Under the pieces are notes generated by a model. That model saw nothing but the letters and a program-made list of their open reading frames with translations, did not search any database and had not been told where the DNA came from. This document shows, one piece after another, positions 37,420 to 48,964 of a stretch of 64,000 nucleotides of DNA (position 1 is its first letter; each line of letters begins with the position of its first letter). The DNA lies in NCBI GenBank assembly GCA_022813865.1, contig JALDZX010000020.1, forward strand, positions 310,001 through 374,000, in the 5' to 3' direction. Made by a program: the position numbers and the translations under genes. This stretch comes from Xylographa opegraphella. Its lineage: Eukaryota.

Positions 37420-38610
37420 TCAAAAATCCCGCTCGCGAACCTCCCCCTCAAAGCGGCGCACATCCCCGTCCAGCCGCAGCAGCTCCTCCCTCAGCCGCTG
37501 ATACTCAGCGGCCGTCTGGCGCAAGCGCTGCGCCCTCCGCCAGCCCTCCCATTCGGCCCACGTCAGCCTCTCGCGCCCGTCCTACTCCTCCCACTCGCGC
37601 TGCGCCCTCCGCCGCCCCTCGAATTCGGCCCACGTCAGCCTCTCGCGCCCCTCCTGCCCGTCCTGCCCCTCCCTCTCGCGCTCCAAGCGCTGCGCCTGCC
37701 GCCAAGCCTCCCAGTCGGCCCACAGCAGCCTCGCGCGCCCCTCCTGCTCCTCCCGCTCCTCCCTCGCGCGCTGGTCGCTCGCCACGCGTTCCCACACCCG
37801 CTCCTCGAACGCTTGAGCCCGGGTTTGCGCAAAGGCAGTGCTACGCAGCGGGCCGCCGTCTCTGGCGCCACAGACCTCGCACGCCCAGTCGGCGCGGCGG
37901 GTGGGGTGTGGCGTCACGGGACGGGCGCACTGCGTCGTGTACTCGAGGAAGCCGGAGTTGCGACGCGTGTGTCCGCAGCGGAGGATGTGGGTGTATTGCA
38001 GTGGGTCGCAGGCTGGCTCAGCGGGCGGGGTTGGATGGGTGTGGAGTGCTGGGGCGTTGACGGGGGTGCCGGCGAGGGGGGCCTCATGACCAAGGCCGAG
38101 GGGGAAGAGGATGCGAGGATGGGCGTGGGGAGTGGTGGCGGAGGCGGGATCGATTGTAGTCGCCGCTCGGTCACGGTGCTGCAGCCCCCGTTCCCGCGCC
38201 AAAGAGCGGATCCGATCCATCCGAACCGTCTGGGTATGGGCGCGGGACCCGACATCGTGTCGTTCCGCTGCATTCTGCGCTGGGGTCTCCAACGTCTGCT
38301 GGCCTGCGTCCCCTTGCGAGATTCCCCGCTGGATTTGTATCTCCTGCGCGAGCTCTGGTGTGCATTCTTGGTCGAAGCGGTAGCCACGCCGTCCGTGACG
38401 GTGTTCCACGTGCATTGGGCCTAGGCCGGCAGGTGCCATACAGGCGTTGCATGGGATTCGCTTCCTAGTGTTGATGATGTTGTCGGGATTGGGGTTGGCG
38501 CAGGCAGTGCTGCAACATGACGAGGGCATAGTGCGCCGGATGTGGCCGCACCGGAGAATGTGAATAGATTCGGAGGAGGTGGAAGGACGGCAGGTTTCGT
38601 TGGTGTTCAT
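37420..38610 (-). CDS. Protein with two HILRCGH...CxxC modules and Trp/Glu/Arg-rich C-terminal repeats; in-frame TAG at 37584-37582
   Basis: ATG at 38610 after an A/C-rich leader. HILRCGH occurs twice, followed by CNAC and CEVC respectively. The frame continues 53 codons past the TAG to TGA 37422-37420 and contains a third repeat copy. Confidence 0.65.
37505..37765 (-). repeat. Three degenerate coding tandem repeats (QEGRERLTWAEWEGWRRAQR-like)
   Basis: On the + strand, 'cggcccacgtcagcctctcgcgccc' recurs near 37554 and 37626, with a diverged copy near 37716. Confidence 0.85.
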
Positions 38611-39075
38611 TCTCGGTATTTTTTGGAAACTTTTGTGAGCTTGAAAGTTGCTTGCGTGTGGTTTGTTTAGATGAGAAGAAAACTGTAAAGGTGAGGATGG
38701 TAAGGATTAGGATGGTGGAGGTTGTGAGGAGAGAAACATATGCAAAAGCGAGATTTAATACATAATCAAGGTAATAACAATGCTTTTGTCGGATGCAGTG
38801 GTCGGGCATGAATGTAGCCTTGTTGAGGAAGATAGAGCGACAAATGATTGTGTGAGGACGTCGATTTATGGTATGGATACGATTGTACAGGACAACAAGG
38901 CGTGCTTATTGTTGGAGGTGAATGCGGGCCAGTAGAATTGCATTGTATAGAAGAGAGACATTGTGTGGCAAAATCATTGGGTTCGTGAGTCTTTGACGAC
39001 AGAATGCCGTGGGCCTTGAACAGTGCTATACGGAGTCAGGAATGACGGATTGCCGTGGCTCTTGCATCGAGTGTG

Positions 39076-40485
39076 TCATATATATCGTTGCAAAGAGAAC
39101 TTCGATTTGTTGGAGATCTCTGTCTTATGGCAATCGAGCCCAACCGGTTTCACACTGCCACCGCCGAATTTCAGGACGGTGATTGTGAGAATAGGTTGAT
39201 TCTGCAGTTCACCATTATGGATGGTATTCGTAGTCTTACTATGAGAAGCTCCCCAATCGTCATATACATTGCCTTCGGTCAGCTTCGTCAAGTCGTCCGC
39301 ATCGATGAAATCGCCGGAGCGGATTGATCGTGGGTTATCCATGAGCTGAATTTGAGTCTCGCTGCTATCGAGGCATCAATTGAAAGCCGAGGTTCTCACT
39401 TGGACGTCTGGAACTCGATGAAGGATACAATTACCGGCATCGAATTGCAGACGACGGCAATATTCCCTCCATAATGCTAGAGTGTGCCGTTAGTGGACGG
39501 AGAACAGATGAAGGACATGAGACCCACCTCAAGATGTCGACCTTCGCTATAATCCGAACTCGTCCATATTTTTCAGAAGTATGATCTTGCAGATCATATC
39601 TAGTTGGCTAGCTATGGAGGCTTTAGATAATGGTAATTTTGGATCCTATTACCAAGCCACATATTTTGTCGGAGACCTGTACATGAAACCTGATGAAAGA
39701 TTACTATGGCTCCGGATTTCTTCCTCGACTGTAAGTGAAGGACCCATACAACTGAAATTTGGGTGTAATTAGAGAAGGCCAAAGTCACGTTGGTTACACC
39801 TCTTACAAGATAATGTATCACTCTTCGCCGCACTTGAGGATGACGGGAAGATCATCCCAGCTTTTAAGGAAGGGACAGGTAGGAAAGAGAATGCCAAAGT
39901 ATGCCTTATGTCTCAGGCGGTGATTTGGTGCAAATACGGATCAGGTGTAAGACGGGAACAAAGACAGCTATTGAAGTAGAGTGAAATCTCCAATTATCGA
40001 ATCAACATGTCTTCCAATGAATCACATAAGGTCATCAGGTCTCTCAGAAGTACGTAAAGTAAGAAGCGACATACCTGCATATACTTGGCTGTGTATGCAG
40101 TGATTGAAACGTCCCACTAGTGTCTTATGAAGTATAAAGCTAGTGGTATGTAGCATTGAAAGCCTCGCTGAGACTCACGCCACCATACATTTACTATTGC
40201 AGATGATACCACAGTATATGAGAGATTCAAGCTATGGCCGTCAAGAAATCCGGCAAGCTACCATGGAATGCGTGGAAAACTGACGCGCTGCGCGATACAC
40301 GAGGCACGGACCATCATCCTAACCGATCGAGTGCGTGATCAGACGTTTGCATCAAGTCGGACCAAGACGAACAATGTTGCCAAGGCTTAAAAGACGGCGC
40401 CACTTACAAAGGTCATTCAAGAACTGATGCAGTTGGAAGTTGTGCAGGGTGGCGGTGTGAGTGCTGGTATCATTAGCAGAACCAT
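39076..40485 (-). pseudogene. Decayed PTH11-like / fungal rhodopsin-domain 7TM protein gene
   Basis: Collinear fragments on the minus strand: MVLLMIPALTPPPCTTSN, VSGAVF*ALATLFVLVRL, ITHSIG*DD (cf. GWDD), RH*WDVSI followed by the donor CAG|GTATGT at 40074, TCPFLKSWD...C, GVTNVTL...ISVVWVLHLQSRKKSGAIVIF, intron 39527-39477, then NIAVVCNSMP. Multiple stops and frameshifts. Confidence 0.75.
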
Positions 40486-41920
40486 GATGCATATATATTG
40501 TTGTTGACAACCACGACCTTTGGATATTATGGATTTAAGAATAGTGTCGGATATCCTTACCAGAAGTATTCGAGCAGATGATAGACTTCAGGCATGTGGT
40601 CGATGATGTACAGCAGATTAAATGTGCTATATCGCCACTCGTGTGATATCACGGTATTCTGAAGGCTAGGGATCATACTGAGAATAAAGAATGTGGCAAA
40701 GCTGACAGTACTGTATTTTGCGTGGACTATTGAAGTTTGAGTCCCAGTGCCAGCCACAAGTGGTACCCCTAGCCAGCATCTGGTATTCTTCAGAAGCAAG
40801 AAGGATCACAACAATGGCATAGTTAGCATATCCGACGGATATATAGTCAGCAAACAATATGCAAATTCAGCACTCGACATTCAAACAAATCATGCAGCGC
40901 GGAGAGCTGAAGGTGCCCACCCAAGTAGGACAAACGCAGCAAATAAGCCGTAAGTTTACACAAATCCCAACATCGGACAGTCGTGAGAAGGTTGTAAACG
41001 ATTGGCTCAAAAGTGCGTTAGACTAGGATAACGTGACCTGGCTTTGGCAGCCTTGGCATGAGGGATATCAAAAATCGCCAGAACCACTGCGAACGACTGC
41101 CACATCGACACTCGAAGAGCCCAAATAACGGGCGCGTCGCTTCCCCAATTTCCATTACGGCTCCCAAAAGCTTTTACGCTCGTGGCCGGGGGACATAGGG
41201 GGTTTGTCCTGAAATATTTCTTCAAATCCTTACTTAGAGAAGATAGTGAATGGCATTAAGCGGTGTCGAGACCAAGGTTGACTGTTCTACCGTAGTCATT
41301 ACTTCAACCAATCAGATGGTCCTTAGATTCCCCGAGTTGTAGCTCGGTAGGGCGGGGCACGCCGTGCTCACATCTTACGCTTCAAATACTGCATACCCAG
41401 GTCAGCGAACAAGATTTCCAGTTAGCTGCCCGACTAGCCGACGAAGGATCAAGTGTCGACGTCAGTATCACTCCTCGGGAGCCGCGATAACAATGGAGGA
41501 ATACCCCAACCGGGGCTCATCTATCATCTGGAGGATTTGCTTAAACCAGCGGTTTGGCCACAGTTCGTGCAACCTTCTTGTCACTGGCGTCATTGGTCGT
41601 GTAATAAAGCCGTCTGTCGGTCAACAGGATTCTCGCACGCCAAATGCCGATAGTATCGATAGCTGTACAAACATCCAGCTGTTCTGCTATCTTAATAATG
41701 AGCTGGCCTTAATACACAGGAGCTTTGACGTCACGATAATACACCGTGCAGTATTTGAGAATTGCTCTAGCATACAGGCCTCAGTATCACCAATCCATTT
41801 CCCCTAAGTCAATATCGCAAAGCATTCCTGGGTAGCCAATTCATCTTCATGTATTAAGATACGCTCATTGCTAGCTTACTATCAGTAATTACACTACTTT
41901 CGCACTTACTGCTTACTGCC

Positions 41921-43355
41921 ATGGACAAGGCATCCCCCTGCTACACATTGCTGAAAAATCCATTTTGTCTCACAGCAATAGAGCTCATCCTCAATGCGTT
42001 GGTGGTTGGCTATACCCCATCATTCTCCGCCGTTCGCCTCGCTGTGCTTCCTCTCGTAGCTCTCTGTGTATATCTCGTATTCTCAGCATGCTCGGAAGCC
42101 ACCCAACAAACCGTCCCTGCAGCCATCCTTGCCGCCCACAGCATCAGCTTTCTTTTCCAATATATCGAAACCGCACTACTGAGTCGATGGGATTTCGCCT
42201 CGCGCGGCCCTAGTTTACCATCTAGCCCAGAACATCAACCCGCCAGTGGTCAAATAAACATCAGAGGCACAAGCCATGGAATAGGCTGAGCTTTGCCTTC
42301 TTCGCTGCAGCGTCCACACGCTATGTCGGAACACTGTACCAGGTCAAAGGGGTACCATCGTTCTCGACTCGAGATCCAACTTACGTCCCATCAAGGCTCG
42401 AGTTCCTACGTGGAAAGGTCCTAGGATTATTACTCTGCTACCTGGTTCTGGACTTGGCCGCAAGTATCGCACGCCCAGAACTAAATCCTATCCTATACTC
42501 GCCCGACAACATCCCCCTTTTCGCTCACGGCACTTCGAGCGAGAAGCTCATCACGAGGATCCTTAGTACGCTCGGCTTTGGGAGCATCCTGTATTGCGTG
42601 ATATGGTCATACATGGGCCTCCTTGGCGTCATCGCCGTGGGCTCCGGCTTGAGTCAGCCAAAGTATTGGCCTCCTGTGTTCGGTCCATTGCAGGAGGCTT
42701 ACTCCTTACGGCGTTTTTGGGGGTAAGTCATTCCGTTCTCAGGCACTTATGCAGATCTATCAATACTCGTCATCATGAATACTTTTCTTTCCCCACTAGT
42801 TCCCTGAACGTGACAAAACCCGCACTTCGTAAGCCTTCTTTAGCTCTCAATCACACGTCGCCACCGCTCGCCTACGTCAAGCTAACACAGCTCAACAATC
42901 GTAGTATCTTCTGGCACAAACTCCAGCAACAGAAAATGTCCGGCCCGGCCAGCTTCCTCACGTACCGCATTCTGCGCCTCCCACCCAGAACGCAAGTCAG
43001 CCAGCTAACGCACCTATTCTGGACCTTCTTCATCTCGGGGCTTATGCACACCTTCTCCGATCTCGGCAGGGGCATCCCGTGGAAGCAATCCGGAGCTCTA
43101 CAATTCTTCCTCACACAAGTCGTCGGCATCATGATCGAGGACGCCGTCAAGAAAGCCTTGCGTTCGATGTCCGGCGCCAGGAAAGCTACCGCGGCGTCAA
43201 GAATGACCAGGGGAATCGGATATCTGTGGGTGGCTGCGTTCCTGGTGTGGTCCGTCCCGGTGTGGATCTACCCGTTTATGTACATCGATAGAGGTGAGCC
43301 GAAAGACAGGATCATCCAGTACAGCGTGGTGAGACTCCTCATGAAGAAATGGTGA
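41921..43355 (+). pseudogene. TRI7-like membrane-bound O-acyltransferase (MBOAT_2/wax-synthase type) with an apparent frameshift near 42226-42275; intron 42723-42904
   Basis: Motifs STRYVGTLYQVKGVPSF...DPTYVPSRLEFL, WPPVFGPLQEAYSLRRFWG|IFWH, FFISGLMH, GALQFFLTQVVGIMIED and IGYLWV. The 5' ORF stops at 42289, the conserved continuation is in another frame, and no suitable intron was found. Confidence 0.75.
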
Positions 43356-43792
43356 TGCGAGAAGCGACCTGCGATCGAAAACACCAGATCTTTTCGAAGC
43401 TACGCTCAGAATGCCTTTAATCAGGTGTCTTTATGGCAATGAACAACAAACTAATAGAGAACACGAGGGATGCCACTCATTACCAACCCCCAACCGTTTC
43501 TCCTCCCCGAAAGGTCACTTCGACCTCTCCAGCATACCCACCCACTCAACCCGCCTTCCAGCTCTCTCGTCTCAATTTCCAGCACCAGCAGCATTTCTAC
43601 TGCTGGATCGAACCACGACCCAGGCCTGCAGGAACCGCCTCGGAAGAAGCGCAGGGTGGCCGCCGGTAGGTGTTACCAATGCACCATTCGGGTTCATGAC
43701 CTCTCGAGGAAACAAACTGATTCTTCTACCGTCGTGATGCAGTATACTCCGTATATACTGATAGTATTGAACGAAAGCTATATCCCAAATCG

Positions 43793-45820
43793 TCACAAGA
43801 TCGGCAGCCCGCCCGGGAATCCACTCCCAAACATCAGATCGAGCTTTCTCTCTCTATCCCACAGGACCGTCCCATCACTCTTCCGCTTGTAGTATTTGAT
43901 TCTCGACTGCGGGATGAAATCCTCTTCCGTACTGTCTTCGCCCTTCCACCACGTCACCGGCATTTCCTTCATCCCCGAATGTCGGTCCAGATAACCGATC
44001 AAATAGTCCTCGGCATCGTAGGCAGGATCGTAGCGGATACGACTGAGGATATCCAGAGCGGGACGGAGAGGCTGCACCGGCTCACCCGGTCTCGACGATA
44101 GGTCTTCCGGAGATCTTTGGGTGTGATTTGCTTTTGACCTTGAAGTCCGCTTTGGTTTAGGTGGACCCCAGAAATCGGCTTCTTCAGGAGCTTCTTCTTC
44201 CTCTTCTGCTTCGCCGTCGCTGCTATCATCGGGTTTCTCTTCGTCGGGGACGAGCCCCCAGTCCTTGGAATCAGGAACAAGATGGTCCACTGATATATCT
44301 GGGTTTATATCCGCGTCAGCAAATGTGGTAGCTGCGTCGTAGTACGGGCTTGAGCGAATTGTGGAAAGCAGTCGCGAGAGATGGTCGGGAAGGCGGAGAT
44401 CGAGGGTGGGCGAAGTGGTTGCAGTTTTCGAACCTATGGCGACTATATAGAAAGCCTCGTAGGATCCGTCAGGGGCCTCCTTGCGTGAATCTTTGACCCG
44501 CGTTGGCCATATGCAGAGGTTCGGGTGTGGGTGGGCTTGATTACTCGCTGGTTTTTGTCAGTGAAGCGACGACAAGAGTTGGAAGAAATTGATCTTCTGG
44601 ATCCGAGGGCTGAAGGTGCAGTTGTAGGATGTTGAGACAGAAATTTTTCTAATATATGCACCATATTATGATGCAAATAGCTGGGAGTGGTCCATTCGAG
44701 TCACCATGATGTACTTACAGTTTATCCATTCTGCTACTGCCATATCAACCATATCGACAAATCTGCCACCCTTGATCGAAGATGAGCCCCAATAGGAGAG
44801 AGTGATCAGAACCCAAGATGTGTATTGTGCTACAAACGTAGGAAGATAATATTGCGATGATGGATGTTCGACAGCCATTCTCTGGGTTCGATCGACGACA
44901 TCTTTGACTACGCTGAAGGTTCCACTGCTCATTGACGTGGTGAAATCAATACTTGGGTGATGATCCACTGGATGTTTCTTTGAAGCGGCATTGCTTTCAT
45001 CGTCACCGAGCACAGCCAACTTGTCAAACTGGAAAGCGGTAAATTCTTCAAAGAAATGAGCAATAACTTGCTCGGGACGATATGGAAGAACTGTCTTCTG
45101 GCAAGCATTGGCAACAAGCTTGATCAGGTCGAGCTCACCGAAGTACTTGAATCGAGACGAATATATGCCATGAGATAACGCCCAACTTTTGATGCGGAAA
45201 TATGACATCTCGAAAGCCGCTGGATCATGCACATGATTCTTAATGTAAAGAGTATCGCGGTAGACCATCGTTTTCTTGCATGCAACTGAGTCTCTGCCGT
45301 ATTCATTACCGGAAGATAATACCTTTGAGACTTCAGAACTCAATGACAGAGGTAGTTGCCGGTATTGTAACACAAATATAAAGTTGTCGATACTGAGATG
45401 AAACATATTGATGGCCTTCTTATTTGCTTTTAATATAGCTATAGACGCATCTCTAAATTTGCGAAATCTTGCTCTGGCTAAACTGAAGAATGTACTTTCC
45501 GATGGGGTGCCAGCAATAGAACACAAGACAGGTTCCGATCGATCCCATACTCTTAATGCATAGGAACCAATAGGCGTGTTCACCAGGGTTACGCCTTGAA
45601 TAGTTGAGATAAAGGATTGCAGCGTAGTCGCTGTAGTTTTGAAGTTTGATCCACCAAGTAGAATATCGTTCAATGTCTCCAGTGCTCGCTTGGCTCTTTC
45701 ACTATCGGCGGTCTTCAACTGAAGCGTTTGCGACGTAATATGACGCCCGGCACTGTTGGTAAGACTATCTAGGCTACCATGCAGCTTTGTTAGATCCTCA
45801 AAGCCAGTGTCTGGGGCCAT
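43793..45820 (-). CDS. Poly(A)-polymerase-fold + MJ1316 RNA-end-recognition domain protein, predicted catalytically inactive (618 aa; exons 45820-44719, 44547-43793)
   Basis: NTase-like PIGSYALRVW, PAP central-domain-like IKSWALSHGIYSSRFKYFG, CIWPTR...YEAFYIVAI, and C-terminal MJ1316 LRPALDILSRIRYD...IGYLDRH...EEDFIPQSRIKYYKR...LWDRERKLD. Intron 44718-44548 (GTAAGT...CTGAC...CAG) is in frame. Confidence 0.8.
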
Positions 45821-46428
45821 CGTCAAATGGTTAGATGGGTGCAAGGAATAGAAGATGAACGGCGGTGCCAATGGCCTTTGGCGGGTAGAGCAAAAAGGAA
45901 CAAAAGCGAAATTGAACAAGGAAAGCAAGATACAGTCCGGCACCAGATGAAGCGTCGACTATAGATTGGAGATGAGAGCCTCAATTTATACCATACTGGA
46001 GCATTTCGATACCGGACAGCTCGAGAGTCGGTTCATGAGTCACTTGTGGTTTGGAGCTTGATCAGTTTCAGATATTGTGACTCATTTACCAATTACAACG
46101 GAGACAGAGTGACTCAACAGCAGCGTACTCACGGTCTCTGGCCATTTGAAGAGGCCCACGAGTACCAACATATGGGCTCTATGAAGGCGACAGGTAGCCA
46201 AATTGGTCCTCACTCCAACGAGTTACGAAGTATGCTAAGTTAGGACTAGTTTAGGAAATCCTAATCAGCATGCTGATCAGTACTCATGTCGAGAATTTCT
46301 CATCATGACGTTTTGTAAACCCTTGACTTTTGGAAAACCCCGTCCCACGACTGGGCTGATAGATTTCGACGTGGCAAAGCATGGTGACAGAGTAAACAAG
46401 TGAGTTCTCTCACTCCCGGAAGCGGGAC

Positions 46429-48053
46429 ATGTCGCCGAGTGTAGCGAGTCTGGATGATAGAGATTCGTCCTGCTCGGACGAACATCACAGCAAGATCTAC
46501 ACAGCCACTTCAAGAAAACGGCAGAAGTTACTGTCCACTGAGAGTGGCGGTGATGAAAGCCCGGAGGAAGCGAACCTACTCCCTACAAAAGCTGCTTTGC
46601 CCTCGATATCACGCGTGAAGGTTCAGACAAAGCAGACGGATGCGAATGGCCCCCCAGCCTTGAAGGAGACCGAGATTAGTAACGGCAAGGTTGTCGATGC
46701 CAAGTCGAGCTTTGCCTCACTCGAGGTTTGCCCATGGCTCGTTGTTTCTCTTGCAGCAATGGCCATCCGAAGACCTACCGCTATTCAGAAAGGCTGTATT
46801 CCTGAGATTCTCGCCGGGAGGAATGTCATTGGCGGTAGCCGGACCGGTTCCGGAAAGACGGTAGCATTTGCAGTACCCATTTTGCAAAAATGGGCAGAGG
46901 ACCCAATGGGAATATTTGCGCTTGTTCTGACGCCGACGAGGTGAGCCCAACATACAGGTGTACATTAAATATTACTAAGCATAATTCAAGGGAGTTGGCT
47001 CTGCAGATCTTTGAGCAGTTTCAGGCAATTTCAGCACCTCAGGCTTTGAAAGCTGTTCTGATAACCGGAGGCACTGAGATGCGTTCCCAGGCATTAGCTC
47101 TATCGCAACGTCCCCACGTTGTTATTGCGACTCCGGGTCGTCTGGCTGATCATATCACAACCTCAGGAAATGACACAATATCTGGTCTTCGAAGAACACG
47201 TGTAGTCGTTCTTGATGAAGCGGATCGCCTTCTTGCTTCTGGCCTGGGGAGTATGCTTCCAGATGTTGAAACATGCCTGAGTGCACTCCCGCCTTCTGAG
47301 GAAAGGCAGACATGTCTATTTACTGCGACCGTAACACCAGAAGTAATGGCTCTCAAGGCCTTGCCAAGGGCGAAAGATCGCCCACCAATCTACATCTGCG
47401 AAGTGGACACTGGTTCTTCCCTCGCCGTTCCTTCCACGCTCTCCCAATTGTACTTACAAGTTCCTCTGACATACCGCGAAGCATATCTGCATATCCTTCT
47501 CCTGACGCCCCGCAATCTTGCCAGAAAATCCGTCATCGTCTTCTGCAACCGTACGGCGACAGCTAACCTCCTCGAGAGACTTCTTCGAGGTCTTGAGCAT
47601 CGCGTCACTTCACTGCATTCGCTGTTACCACAACATGAGCGGACCTCCAATTTGGCTCGGTTCCGCGCCAGTGCTGCCAGGATTTTGATTGCGACGGACG
47701 TAGCGAGCAGGGGACTTGACATTCCCGAAGTTGACTTGGTGGTGAACTACGACATCCCGCGCAATCCGGATGACTATATCCATCGAGTAGGGAGAACAGC
47801 AAGGGCTGGGAGAAAGGGTGAAGCTATTACCATGGTTGGGCAGCGAGATGTCGAGCTTGTTCTGGCTATTGAGGCTAGGGTGGGAAAGAAGATGGTCGAG
47901 TATGACGAGGAAGGAGTCAACATCGAAACCAGAGTCGTCAGAGACGCGCTGAAGGAGGTGGGGGAGAAGAAGAGAGCGGTTGTGATTGGCATTGAGGAGG
48001 GCCGAGACGTGAAGGGAAACCGAACCCGAGGCAAACTCCGAAGACTAGAGTGA
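46429..48053 (+). CDS. DBP8: DEAD-box RNA helicase Dbp8 (DDX49); exons 46429-46940, 46991-48053
   Basis: Q-motif [66 protein letters not shown] and [12 protein letters not shown]. Confidence 0.93.
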
Positions 48054-48964
48054 CTCCGGCCACGAGAGTGGATCGGACCGCGGGTTGTGTCAACACCGGA
48101 ACCGAATGATGTATACAACCGTAGCACCCACAAGCTTTTCGGCTGCCTGTTCCGAGAGACACAACACCTCGAGGTAGGTACCTTATGTCGGTGTCATGTG
48201 TGAATCGAGTGGGTTGTACACCGTGGATTGCCGCGCATTGTGATGAGTAGATGATTAGGAATCCGACTCCATACCTGGGTACCTAGAGTGCCTATACTGT
48301 GGTACTCTATGAACGCGACTCACAAATCATCGGTTAGGGTTTTGCCTTATTGTGTTGACTTTTATTTTAGATCAAGATTTGGACCAATCACTGTTTAAGG
48401 TTTTTGCGCATTAAATATTGACAGGTCTTTTTCTGGTAACATTCTGGCCCTACTGCTGGCCACAACCATAATTGCCATGCACATAAGAGCGGCCGTGTAT
48501 GCCGACTTCACCTTTTGGCACACGCAGCAGTCTTTGATTCTCTGATCGCTTTGCAAGGGAAAAACCATACAAAGAGCTGCACCCCGCCACGCGTGGCACA
48601 TACCCTCTTCGGTACGCGAGGAGATCTCGACAATCCTTCCAATCCCTCGATTGTCTCCACCAATCTTTATCAAGATACTGGCTGCTTGGCTAGCCCTCGG
48701 ATTCGAATTCACAAGTCGACTCTATCAAATTATCCGCAGACGAATGTGCGCCAGTAGCCTGTGAATCGAGTTGTAAGTCCCACAACACCCTGCAGTTGAC
48801 CGGTGCTGTTTACAGTGTGACGTCGTGCGGAACCGTCCATCGGTCAGCATCAACACATCGCCATAACCTTCTGTCACTCGTAACTTGATTCCACTATGCT
48901 GCGCAGACTCAAAGACGTCGTTGACGAATAACAAAACAGTCGATTGTATCCTCCCACCTTCGGA

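Noticed and set aside
48332..48342. GGTTAGGG telomere-like motif
   Set aside because: Single copy, expected by chance.
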